A stretch of DNA of 64,000 bases from Saccostrea cucullata (lineage: Eukaryota): contig NW_026927146.1 of assembly GCF_032062105.1 (NCBI RefSeq), positions 62,001 through 126,000 of the forward strand. Direction: 5' to 3'. How positions within the stretch are numbered: the first letter of the stretch is position 1; the number at the start of each line of letters is the position of its first letter. The position numbers and the translations under genes are program-made. The notes beneath the pieces are model-generated. The model was not told where the DNA came from. It did not search any database and saw only the letters and a list, made by a program, of their open reading frames with translations. Shown here in pieces: positions 37,721 through 49,566 of the stretch.

Positions 37721-39222
37721 TTAATTAAATATATTTTTTTATTAAGAAGTATGTCATCATTTCATTGTTATTTCCTAATTTTCTATTTCATTTTGTGACT
37801 TTTGTAACTACCATTTATTTTTATTACAAATTACTTTGTCTTCGTGAAGCATTCAAATTTTGTTACTTCCATCATCAACATATCTACAGGTAATTCAGAA
37901 GAAAAAAAAACATTAGATTTATAATAATATGCAATTTGTATTATTTGCCTTATCTCTACAAAAATACATAACACGTTATGATTGTATGAAAGATCATCAA
38001 TGGTCATTATGTATCATTATCATTATCGGTTTTGTTTTGTTCTTTATATCGAAACTGAAGGATACGGTTACCAAAACCAGGGTCTACCTAGTAAGTATCA
38101 ACTAGATTACATTTAAATCTCTATACCCCAGCCCTGCCCTAACCCCTGGTTACATGTGCCTGGTCTGGATACGATGTTTTGAACGTGTAAAACTGTAGCG
38201 TGAAGCGTAGCGTCTGAAGTGTAGACCGTCTCCGGTTCCTCAACGGTTACTTATAACAACATGAGGGCCTGCGAAGAGAATCGGATGAAGGCGAAAGCTG
38301 GTCAACTTAAAAGAAAATACCAACACTATCACAATATGTAACTGTATTTATTATAAACATGTATCTTAAACTTGCTTCTAGTCTCCTAATTTGGAATATT
38401 CTAATGTTTTTTCATTATAAAACAATGTAATAAAATGGTTGAATTGTTTTTTTTTTCATCGTTTAAAGCTGTACCTGATCAATACACAATCCTCTCTGTA
38501 CACCTTAAATGAATAGTAACCTTATCGTTTTTAAAAATAAACTGTTAAAATAATTACATATTCTTAAAACATGATCCATGTGAAAAATATCCAGAGCATA
38601 GTTTCCAAGATTTATAACTTTTTTTTACATATCAATAACCTGTGTAAAAGGAACCATTTATGTCAGACGCCATTCCATGTAATATTAGATCGGCATTGAC
38701 GGTGTTTAAATCTATAATGGATATCTAAATACCCACTCTACTGGATGAATAACTTTTTAGTAGCTCTTTTGAAGCAAAAAGATCGTCTTTATATTTACAA
38801 TTCAGTGTACTGAATCAAAAAAACTTATTTAAAAGAGTAAGATTTGATAACAAGTACTGGAAGTTTGTTAGAATATTTGTAAAAAATTCACATATCATAC
38901 TTTATCTATTCGAAAAATACACATATCAATAATATGTACATGTGAACATTTAGTTATGATGATGTATTTACAATTAATGAAATCCATAGCGTAATGCGTA
39001 ATTGTAAGCAACTGTTATTGCTTATACACTCCTTTGTAATCTGTTATCGAAAATAAACAGTGGTAACAATTTCTTTTCATTACAAGTAATTGTTATTTAA
39101 TTGATTACTCAAAAGTCTTGTAATCATGATAACTTTTTTTTTTATTTCTCCATTAATACAATGGAAAAAAAGTGTCATCCTTGCTTGAGACCAGATCTAA
39201 CGACAATTATCTGGTGTTCCAA

Positions 39223-39521
39223 TTTTTATGCGCCCGGATCGATAGATCGGGGCATACATTGTTTTTGTCCTGTATGTCTGTTTGTCTGTTTGCCTGTTCG
39301 TGTCTCTGTCTGTCTGTTGTCAACTTTCACATTCGCCATAGCTTTTGAACCGTGAGAGATAGAGACTTCATATTTGGTATGCACACTTCACTAATTAATT
39401 TTTTTTCAAATGACACCAAGGTCAATCACCTTTTGGCCTTGACTGTGACCTATATACTAAAAATAGCTTTTTCAAACTTTGTTGCTGCTGGGTGCATAGC
39501 GTTTCACAAACACATCTTGTT
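39223..39521 (-). mobile_element. Short intact copy of the Helentron-type HINE
   Basis: Reverse complement of the 22722/32032 element: same aacaagatgtgtttgtgaaac start, one core monomer, the microsatellite and a 3' hairpin. Confidence 0.8.
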
Positions 39522-41302
39522 ACTTATTGTTTTAAATATTAGCCAATTACTTATTGTACTAATGTGCTGTAGAATTTATTCAAGCACTATACATAAAAAG
39601 AAAAAGAAATACTCTGACCTTGACCTCTTTATTCAAATATATGAAGGACGTTTTATCTAAGGTTAAATAATTACTTCTACCTATTTGCCATCTCGATATG
39701 TCCTAATGAACTTGAAAGACACCACAAAATATATATTTGGCTTATTATAGATGAAAATGAAACGATTTAAGATTTTCCATATTAATTTTTATTATATGGT
39801 AAATTGTCCACACATCACCTGCAAATAGTGTTTTTGACACCCAACCTTTTAAGATATTGCTCTAGTTACAAAGACAGATGTTTGACTATTAACTGATGCA
39901 ACTGAGACTTTTTTATTTTTAAATGTTGCATCATTCATAAAGACACCCTAAATCCAGGGTCAAAAAGGAGTCTTTTTCTACCATGTCCTTTATGAACTGC
40001 AGTTTACCATCATTATTGGTTATTTGTTGATGATATTTTCTTCTTGTAAGAAACAAATTTCTTAATCATCCTATGAGCACCGCATCTCCGTAACTGCACG
40101 CATGGTGTTGTTCGTAAAATATCCTCACTAATTTCGATAAAAAAGCAATTATCCACATTTAATGTTAAAAAAAACTAACCAAATGACAATTTAAATTTTA
40201 TTTAAAGTCTTATTTCAAATCTATGTTAAATGACTAAAGGAATCAAAATGAATTTCATTTGCAAATTCAAAGTTATTTTTTTAAGCAGATCTTGCCTGAA
40301 ATAGAGTATCGCCCATAATGTTACAACTGTAATGGTATATATTTGGGTTTAAGTAACACAAAAACGATGCAGACAAATTTCTTAAAAATATCAGAGACCT
40401 AAATATAATAACAAGGGATTCATATGGCTAATATTCATAGGATATGTATGTTTTCGCGTTACGTTAAAAGGCCTGCAACTCTGCGATCTAAGTTAATGCT
40501 CTACTATTCAGGAGTTCTATATTTGAATAGGATATTCATAATGAACTTTATTGTAAAATGGCTGTCGATATTTTTTTTTATCCTTTACAGAAGGCCCTGA
40601 TCGCATGAAAATCTTTGTGTAGACTTCAGATTATCAATATCCCAAATTAAAAAAAATATTTTGAAAAATACTTACAGATTCTAAGAATAAATCCATTTGA
40701 AAGAAACCAGATGTATAATAACTACGATTTAGAACTTTCTGTAGATATGTAATCACTCTAACAGGTTATACATGCATATGGATAAGACGCAAATCAATTA
40801 TTTAAAAATTGCATTCAGAATTCTCAATACAATGACAGAGAGGAGAATTGCCAAAGTTTAAAATCCCTATTGATTATCATTTTACAGCTCTTTTGAAGCG
40901 TAACAATTGTCTTCATACCAATAAATGCAGTGTACGATGGTAAATAAAGCTGATCCCAGAGATAAAGTCATCTTTTCCACACGAGTAAATATGCATATCA
41001 TAATAGGTCCCGTAAAAACACGGAATCAAGATTTTGTATTATATCATTTAAAGTCAAACACATAAATAATCTATTATATATTAAATAAAATACAAAATCT
41101 AAATCAGGGTAAAGTAAAAAAGAATATATACTCTTCAAAAAAAAAGAAACGCATAGTAGAATTTTTGGTGTCACATTGAACATAAAGATTATTTAGTAAA
41201 ATGATGTATTAATAAAACAGAAATGTGGTTAACAACAGGAATACTATCTAAATGTAATAATTACTCAAGAATTTCAAAATCAGAGTTTGAGGTCATTAAA
41301 GA

Positions 41303-42348
41303 TCAATATCTGGTATGCCCCCCCCCGCCGCGCAGACACAAATGATAGCCACAGACGGCATCTAACGGAAGCAAATGTGTGAAATAAATACTTGATAAGA
41401 ATACTCTCCCACTCCAAATGTAGAGCTTTGGTCAGCTTTTGCAGAGTCTGAGGATGCGATTGTCTTTGGCAAATCATGTCAATCCATTTTTGTCCAACAA
41501 TGCTTAATCTGGATTAAATCTAGTGATTTAGTTGAGTGTGGCAGAAACAGGTTACTGTTGCTTTGCAAGAATGGGAGTATCAAACGAGCCGTATGTGGCT
41601 GTTTATTGTAGGATTGCAATACGGCTCTAGGAAGCTGCAAAATTGAATAGGCATGTGTAGGTAGAACATGGTTAGAGTACCTTTTTCCATTCATTTGGTT
41701 ACCAAATTAATGTCACATATATCACTAATTTGGTTAGAATTCAATGAATTCAAGTCCATTGAATCAATCTTACTTTCTTATAATACCGTTTTTCATATAA
41801 TTACATTACCACCACCAACTTTTTTTAACGTCCTGGAGGCAGTTATCTGTCTAACATTCATTACAAAGCACCAGCACTCTTAAACAGATAAGAGGGTTTT
41901 AGATAAACATTCGTGACTAGTAGCGAAACCAAAATGTTCAGCGGTGATGCTGTGGTCATACTCAATTGATCTGAGATCTTTGAAGTCGATATTTGGAGTG
42001 TTGTAGGGTCGGAACAATGGCATGAATAATCCTCTTGGAATAATTCATAGTCAACTGAAATCGGTCTTGTTAGATGATCTGTGCAGTTCAGGGATAGCTA
42101 ATGCTTTAAATGACGTCATTGCTTTACATTCATGCAATATATGTAATCCTCTATAGTGAAGCTATTCCGCTGATGTCACAAGTAGTCTACCGTATTTTTT
42201 CAAACATTGGGTGTTCGGTGTTAATCGTTTATGTTTTATAGGTTAGATATGGCGCTCTGCGTAACATTAAAACCTCTGTAGATTGTGGTGCTCCTGCTTC
42301 CAGTCGCCAATTTTCCTTATTGTGCTATGCAACATTCAGTTGCAGCAA
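41303..42348 (-). pseudogene. Degenerate Tc1-family DDE transposase
   Basis: Frameshifted fragments match the Tc1 layout: N-terminal ..GRLEAG..FNVTQSAIS (HTH), WF..SR (WFSDESRF equivalent), GGGNV, LQSYNKQPHTAR (QQDNARPHTA equivalent), KSLDLIQIKHCW (SPDLNPIEHLW equivalent), HPQTLQKLTKALHLEWESI and terminal GGHTRY-stop. Confidence 0.85.
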
Positions 42349-43287
42349 TTTTAGGAAGGGTCAAATTTCAGATAATATCGGGAACCCCCGCTTTTGATAG
42401 CCCCTTTGTACCTGAAAAAATTGCATCAGAGTTCAAGAAATGAAAATTGAGATCAAATTTTTTAAGGAAATTTTACAAAATCAGGCCTTTTTGCCTATGA
42501 GACTTGTAGAATAGCTGTAAAGTTAACAATTGCATTAAAAATCAAGCATTTCACTCAAATACATCATATTCATCTAAAAATAAAAAGTATGGCAAAACTT
42601 TCATACATTTTTCAGGGCATTGTTACTACTATGCGTTTCTTTTTTTGAAGAGTTTATATATCTTTTATAATCATCAAAGCCATTGTTGTGTTAAGTGACT
42701 TTAAACTGAATGATCCTTTACGAAAGTACACCATTCATCAACTTACCTGTTCCCTGTTAAACAACTTAAGAAATATTTATTGAGAATTAAAATTGATTAC
42801 ATTACAAAAGATTTGGGTAATACTTCACCTTCAGATATGTTTAAATGGTAGTTATAACAAATGTAACATAAAATGGTTGCATTCCTATATTGATGTTAAT
42901 AAATAAACATGCATTTAATTCGAATAACTCTTTGAATCTTGAATCTTTAAAACATCCGTACAATAAACTTTTAAGGCGACATCGAAGAAAAAAAATAGAA
43001 TAGAACTCTGAAAAGCCTAATTGCTTCCCCACTTCAATAAATTTGTTATTTGACCATGAAGAATTTTACAATCCAAAACACAGTGCATGAAATCCTTAAA
43101 TATAATTCAAACTTTAAGAGAACTTCTCAGACAATATTCGAGATCTAAACGTTGTAAGATTACGAATATTGTTTTAAATATATTAAGGTTTCAACATAAT
43201 CATCGGAGCCCATTTGATCTCTCCATTAAAAACTTCACGCACATACGCACATAATGGATAATATCGTCAAGAAATGAAACACAAAGA

Positions 43288-44370
43288 AGATTTTATCTTT
43301 AAAGCCCAACAGTTAGATACTACGCCAGGCAAAATAAAATATCTTTAGAATTTGACTTTTCAAGTTCATATAATCAGTAGTTCTTATCCTATGTATTAAA
43401 TTATATGACACAATTCAAAATATTCTAAACTTCAATATTTGTCATCATAAATCGTACTGCAAATATCAATTAAAATATTATACATGTGCATACAATGCAA
43501 ATGAAATGCAAAAAATGAATGTACAACTACCGAAATTTAACACATACATATGTTTACAATTCATTAGGTAGAACATATTTCTTCCAAAAGGGTATTAATT
43601 TCTATAACATCCGTCTTAGTTCATTAAGTTTTTATTCAACCAGGTAGGTTTTTCAATCTAAAACAAGTCCTTAGATACGATTCAAAATGTTGAATTTATA
43701 ACCACTTTCGATCCAGTTTTTAAAATAAACTGAGAATTTATGAGACCATATCATATATCTAATTGTATTTAAAATACATTATTTTAGATATAAAATTTCA
43801 ACATATAAATAGGGACAAAGGTTAATCATCCATTAAAAACTACTGGCACACACAGTACAATGGATACTTTTGTAAAAGAAAGAGCAATGTTGATTTCTTT
43901 TCATATTTAAAGCCCAAACAGTTAGACATTTCGCGAGACAAAATAAAGATTTGGATGAAAAGTTGTTTAAATCCATGATACGTATGGAGATGATGAACAG
44001 TTTTCAAGATCAAAAGTCCATAAAACAATACAAAGTCGGAGCAGAGTAAACACGGACGTCTAAAACATTGGAGGTAGGGTCAGGTCCCATGGATGAGTGC
44101 GCATTTCCTGTAGACCAATCTGTAAATCTTAGTTCTTACCCTCTAAATATTGAAAGAAAGTGCATATGCCATGCTTGAAAACATTTAAAACTTTAACTTT
44201 TCATCATGAATTATTTAACAAATATCAATTAAAATCTTAGATATACAATGCAAATAGTATAAATATATGTTACTACTTAAATTTTACACATATCTAAAAT
44301 CATAATATAGAACACGTTTTCTACAGACAGGTATAAGAAATCTGTCTCATCTGTCTTATTTTTATTGTTT
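43288..44370 (+). repeat. Old local tandem duplication, second copy interrupted by a retro-repeat fragment
   Basis: tttaaagccca(a)acagttaga...caaaataaa occurs at ~43298 and ~43906. aaatatcaattaaaat...tacaatgcaaat occurs at ~43461 and ~44220. Confidence 0.55.
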
Positions 44371-45984
44371 TATCAACATTGTATAAACATTATCAACCAT
44401 TATCTGTAAACACATACAATGTTATTTGAGGAGTTGTCATACATTTAAGCTTTTTCTTTCATTTGTTTGATCTTTTGTGATAAGTATTATCGATTTTACA
44501 GAATATTTCTTGGAATCATTGATTTAAGCACGTGATTTAATCAAGAATATATATGAAAATATATATATATATGAGTTCTGAATGATGTTTTGAGTTGATT
44601 TTCTCAAAGCTTGCAGTCACGATATTTTTTCTAAATTAAATTTCAATAAAAGTCGAATCATGACTTTACAATATTAGTGTTTTGAACAATTGAAATTTGA
44701 TAATTTCAAAATTTATTCCATGTCTCATGACTGCCGAGATACATCGAGCGCATTTTGGTTACGAGAAAAGAAATAAAAAATAAATGTATGTCAAATTAAA
44801 AAAAACCACGTTGTAAGATGAAATAGCTTATTCTAATTAATTTACAGTAGTATTCGTTGAAATGCAAAACAACTGTTTTAAAAGGCAATCTGTTAATCTA
44901 CTGTAGATTCATTATGTTATTGCCAGTACTTATTACCGCAAATGGGCTCTTCAGCGTCAAGTCGAGAGAATAATAACTCGCGAAATGACGTTTGATCAAG
45001 AGATTTTACATAGATTTCACCACTAAAATCTTAGAATAAAGGCGAATAATTTTATTTTTGCGTGTGGTGTTTCTCGGGAATTAACGCAATCATTAATTCC
45101 ACGGGTATATGTTTAGAAATTTAGCATTTTAATTTATGGTAGAAAAAGAACTTTAAAACTGATAATGACAAAGTCTACCATTATGATTCCTCACGTTAAT
45201 CCATTTTTAATTAAACTTCAATCTGAAGACTTCATATTTCAACGGAACTGTCTAAGGAAGAGGAGGCTATTGATTTAATTAGAGATAGGTAAGTACAAAA
45301 CAAATGTGATAAGTTCGCACATTCCTTTATTTTTTGTCGCACCCTTTTAATTCGATAGTTCTTGGGTAGGTGTTATACTCTTTAGCCATAATATATAAGC
45401 TGCCAAAAGAAGGAAAATCATACAAGTTCATGCACCATCACAAAACAACAGGGGAGGAGGTAAGAATGGTTCTGATATATAATAATAATAATACAAAATA
45501 AATCTATTGAAAAGTTTATTTAAAAAATACGTATACCTGAAATCACAATTAACTCTGCAAATATTATGCAACAAAAATAATTCATAGATTTAGCGCATAT
45601 TTAAGAAAATCATGTCTTCTGGTATTGAAAGGTACTTCTTTTCTAAAGCAATTCTTATAACGTAATATATCTGAAGCATATTTTAATAAATAAATTTTTG
45701 ATTTGTTATAAATTTTACTTTTGAGTCCAAAATATACACGGTCTAGGATTTAGGTAAAATTGCTTCCTTTTACTTTGAAAAAGTAAATTTATATTAAAAA
45801 TAAAACTCGCAAAATTCGCAAATTATTTTCGCTACTGTATATAAAGGAGTACTAGTAAACTCGCAAGTTTAATTAACTTCTTAAGAAAACTCAGGTGCAA
45901 GTACGATGATTTCGTTTTTGTTTGTAAAAAGATAATAAAATATTATATTTAATTTGTCAATTTTTAGTTTCAGGAGACATTAAA

Positions 45985-47582
45985 ATGCAATGGATTACGA
46001 AATTGATCCTGTGTTCCATCACTTTCAACACAATTGCCCATGCACTAATAATTGTACCGCTTATCAACTCTGATTTTGGTAAGACTACGTTCGTCAAATT
46101 GTCATGCACTTTTTAAGACAATTGCAATTAATTTTTTTCTTAGACATATTTGGTTAATTTGAGTAATATTTTCTTATACTGGGATATTTCGACAATTTTT
46201 TTGCATCTGATTGCTGATCTGTTTTTCTTACAGCTTGTGCATGTAACAACAATTTTTAAAAAAATATATATATACGTGTAGCTGTTGAACTAAATTGATC
46301 ATAACAATAGATAAAAAATTACGTAACAACATTATGGCTGAATATTTCTTTTTGTACGTTGAGCTCTATTATATAAATGCTTGCTAATGCTTTCAAGCAC
46401 ATAATCATGTTCATAATTTTTTTTTATATGCCACGTCCAAATGTATAGTTTTTACATGCAAAACATTTTATAATATCATTTTTGCCGCCATTCCAAATTT
46501 CGGGAAAAAAAGATCAACCTTTTGTTGAGTTGTCTGGAATGTATTTTCAATGTCACAGAATACTTTCTTTGTTCAAAATAAGAAAGAGTGATAAAGTGCC
46601 TTATTATAGTACTCTGAATCTTATGTTTTAATTGTAGGGGTTTGAAAATATAAAACCTCTTTGGGTTTCAATATATAAAAATAAATTTCAATTCCAAATT
46701 TGTTCCAAAGTAATTTTCCTATAAAGCAGAATTAAGAAATTCATGCATTTTTTTTTTTATTAGATTCTGTCATTCATTTTAACCAGAAATTTTGTCCATA
46801 TATTTAGCCATATTGTTAGTTTTTTTATAAGTAGAATATCAATACTTGCAAAAAATCAATACAAAATTAAATTAAGACAAACAGCAGGAGAATTAATTAA
46901 ATTATTAATGCGGATTAATGAAATAAATTTTTATTTAATAAACAAAGAAGGAATCCAGCTTTTGATTATACACAAAATAATATTTTCATATTTTTTAAGG
47001 AAGAAAAATCAAACCAATCGTCACTCATTTCCAAAATTATAACCGACTCCTGTAAATACAAGTCAATCAAATTTTATAATGACCAATGACTTTTCATTCA
47101 CATTTACTATATAAATGTAACAATCATTGACCCTCACGCTAAATCTTATTCACACAAATCTGTTATAGAAAGGAGGCGCAAGAATTAATCAACAGTATCA
47201 GATAACACATAAATCAAAAATGTGTGAAACGGAAAAATATTATAATAAAGGATCGGTAAAAATTACCTGGAGTCAAAGGATTATAAAGATTTTTGCCGGG
47301 TGATCAAAAAAAAAAATTCCTTGATTATCGATAAGAAATATAAAAAATTGAAACGGAATCGTAACTGATTATGGATATGATTCCTGCCAAAACAGAATAT
47401 TTATATTCAGTCTCTTTCTAGGGTACGAAAACGACAGCATCATGGATAGAAGATACTCTAAAAGATCGGGAATGGTAATTGAATGTCCTAAAGGTCTTGG
47501 TAAGATGGAATGCTATCAACAACTGATGAACGTGTGGATGAGATTTTTAATGAAGAAACAACAGAAAAGAATAATGTATTAA
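45985..47582 (+). CDS. Small secreted prepropeptide, 84 aa, two coding exons (unrecognised family)
   Basis: Exon 45985-46078 (donor G|gtaaga) and exon 47422-47582 (acceptor tctttctag) join in phase 1 to give MQWITKLILCSITFNTIAHALIIVPLINSDFGYENDSIMDRRYSKRSGMVIECPKGLGKMECYQQLMNVWMRFLMKKQQKRIMY*. There is an acceptor just upstream of the ATG (45973), an upstream donor gtaagt at 45289 and AATAAA at ~47677. Confidence 0.72.
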
Positions 47583-49566
47583 GATAATTGAAAATGATAT
47601 AGAAATTCCACCTGCATTGTTTTGTATATAAAGTTTATATCATATGTAAAAAAAAAATATATTTTTATTGTAATGAAATAAAGAAAATGATCAATCACAT
47701 TTTGTTTGGTTTCATATACGAGTTTATTTCAATGATTATAATCAACGAGGGATGCAGAATCATGCAACTCAGATCAACTTCAAGGAATTTATTTCAGATG
47801 TTGAATTGTTGGTCATACAATTAATCAAATGTTTGGAGTGGCATTTATTTATATTTATTCTTCAGAAGGTATGTGACAAAGAAGAGGTGAACTTTGCCAA
47901 AAAGGACAATTACATGTAATTAATATGTTCTTCCGTACCGTTGATTAATGCAATTTCAGTATTTTTAAAATTTTACGATGGCACCATTCAACCACTGGGA
48001 AGAATAATTTTGATTTAATGATCTTGGGAGAAATGTGAGCTTTAACTTATTTTTGTTAGGTTGTCATGGTTGTGGTTAACATTTTTATTGTGAGGTTGTG
48101 GAAATTGGACCTTGTGGTTGAAAAAAAGACTTTTACTGAATCACTCTTTAAAATTCTGGCAATTAGCAGAGCACAAAATATCTTTATCATCCTCCCAATT
48201 TTTCATACTGATTACAAAGAGTTTTACGGCAAAAACCTTATTCTTTTTGTTTTTGAAGGTATAGACAACATCAACAAATTTCATATTTTTTCAAACAAGA
48301 TTTATGTAAAAGAATAAATGTTTTACCATCTTTGAAATAATATAATATATTATAGCAATACATCTCTAAAGTTAGGTTTGCTGCTGCTCTACTTTTAACC
48401 CCTTAACAGTCTACATTCTTAAAACTTGCTTGATTCATAGTAAACACTATTGTTATGCACTCAAATCTGAATATAATCTTGATATAAAATCTTCTTTGTT
48501 AAGGAGAATATAAAAACTGACTTGTTTTTCTGTCAAATAGTAATGTGTGTAACAATTGTTGCCATGACATACCCTTTTAAATAAATTATTGAAATAAAGT
48601 ACACAAATATCAGTTAAATGCTTAGTGAACTTGTTGGAAATAAAAAAAATTCCAACTACAATTCTGTAATGTGTAATAAGGTTACATGGTGAACATAATT
48701 GATCATAGCTTTTAACAACAAGCATTAATGGTCATTTTAGTACTTCTTTTTCAAAAAGAAAATATATAACGTCTCTGCAAAAAATAAAATTGGGCTACAT
48801 AATCATTGCAACTTAACGAGTCAATACAGTCAATATACATGTATTGGTATCAATGATTTGTTGAATGTTGATAAATGAAATTAAAATCCTATTTATTGAT
48901 TTGTTTTATATGACAAAGCAATCAATGGCTTTTTCTCGGGCAACACTGATTGTGAAAGCCTCTTTAGAAATAATTTCCCTCAACTCTACGTAAAGTCATA
49001 CTTCATCACCCAGGGTTGGCGGGGGTGGGGGTCTTACCATTACCATTATTACCCTGCACTTGTCGATATTTTCATATTGTCATTTTTTTTTGTTCAGATC
49101 AGAATAATTTGACAGAAATTTGGTATGTAAACCTCAATCTGATGAACTTCAAGTTTTGTTTTGGTTGTATCAGCTGTCACATTATTGATTTTCATTTTTT
49201 TTTCCACTGACTCATCACTTCACGGGAGAGGATAATGAATTGTGCATGTGGCGTCATAGAGCGATAATTCAGTGAACAACTCTGAGGGGAATGGACTAAT
49301 TAAAACAGGTAAATTCTCAAAATTACTTAAAGAATATATAAATGTTATTATATAAATTTTGCATGTACATGTACATGTAGTTTAGTGTAACACTGACAAT
49401 TTTCATACGAAGAAAACCGTTTTGCAAATTAATGTGTTGATTTGTTTTCTTTCCTACGTCATACAAAGGGTAAATAATCATATGCAAGGTGAAATGTTTT
49501 TGTCATGATGAATCAGGAAAAAAATAAATCTAATAGTTAAAAAAAAATCACTTATTCCTTTTACAG

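Noticed and set aside
38262-38308. Possible hammerhead ribozyme (ctgcgaaga...gaaa)
   Set aside because: The CUGAnGA core is not intact and I could not form the three stems.
47169-47255. Possible extra exon in the prepropeptide gene
   Set aside because: In the required phase 1 it hits a stop within 7 codons, whereas the direct splice gives an intact ORF.
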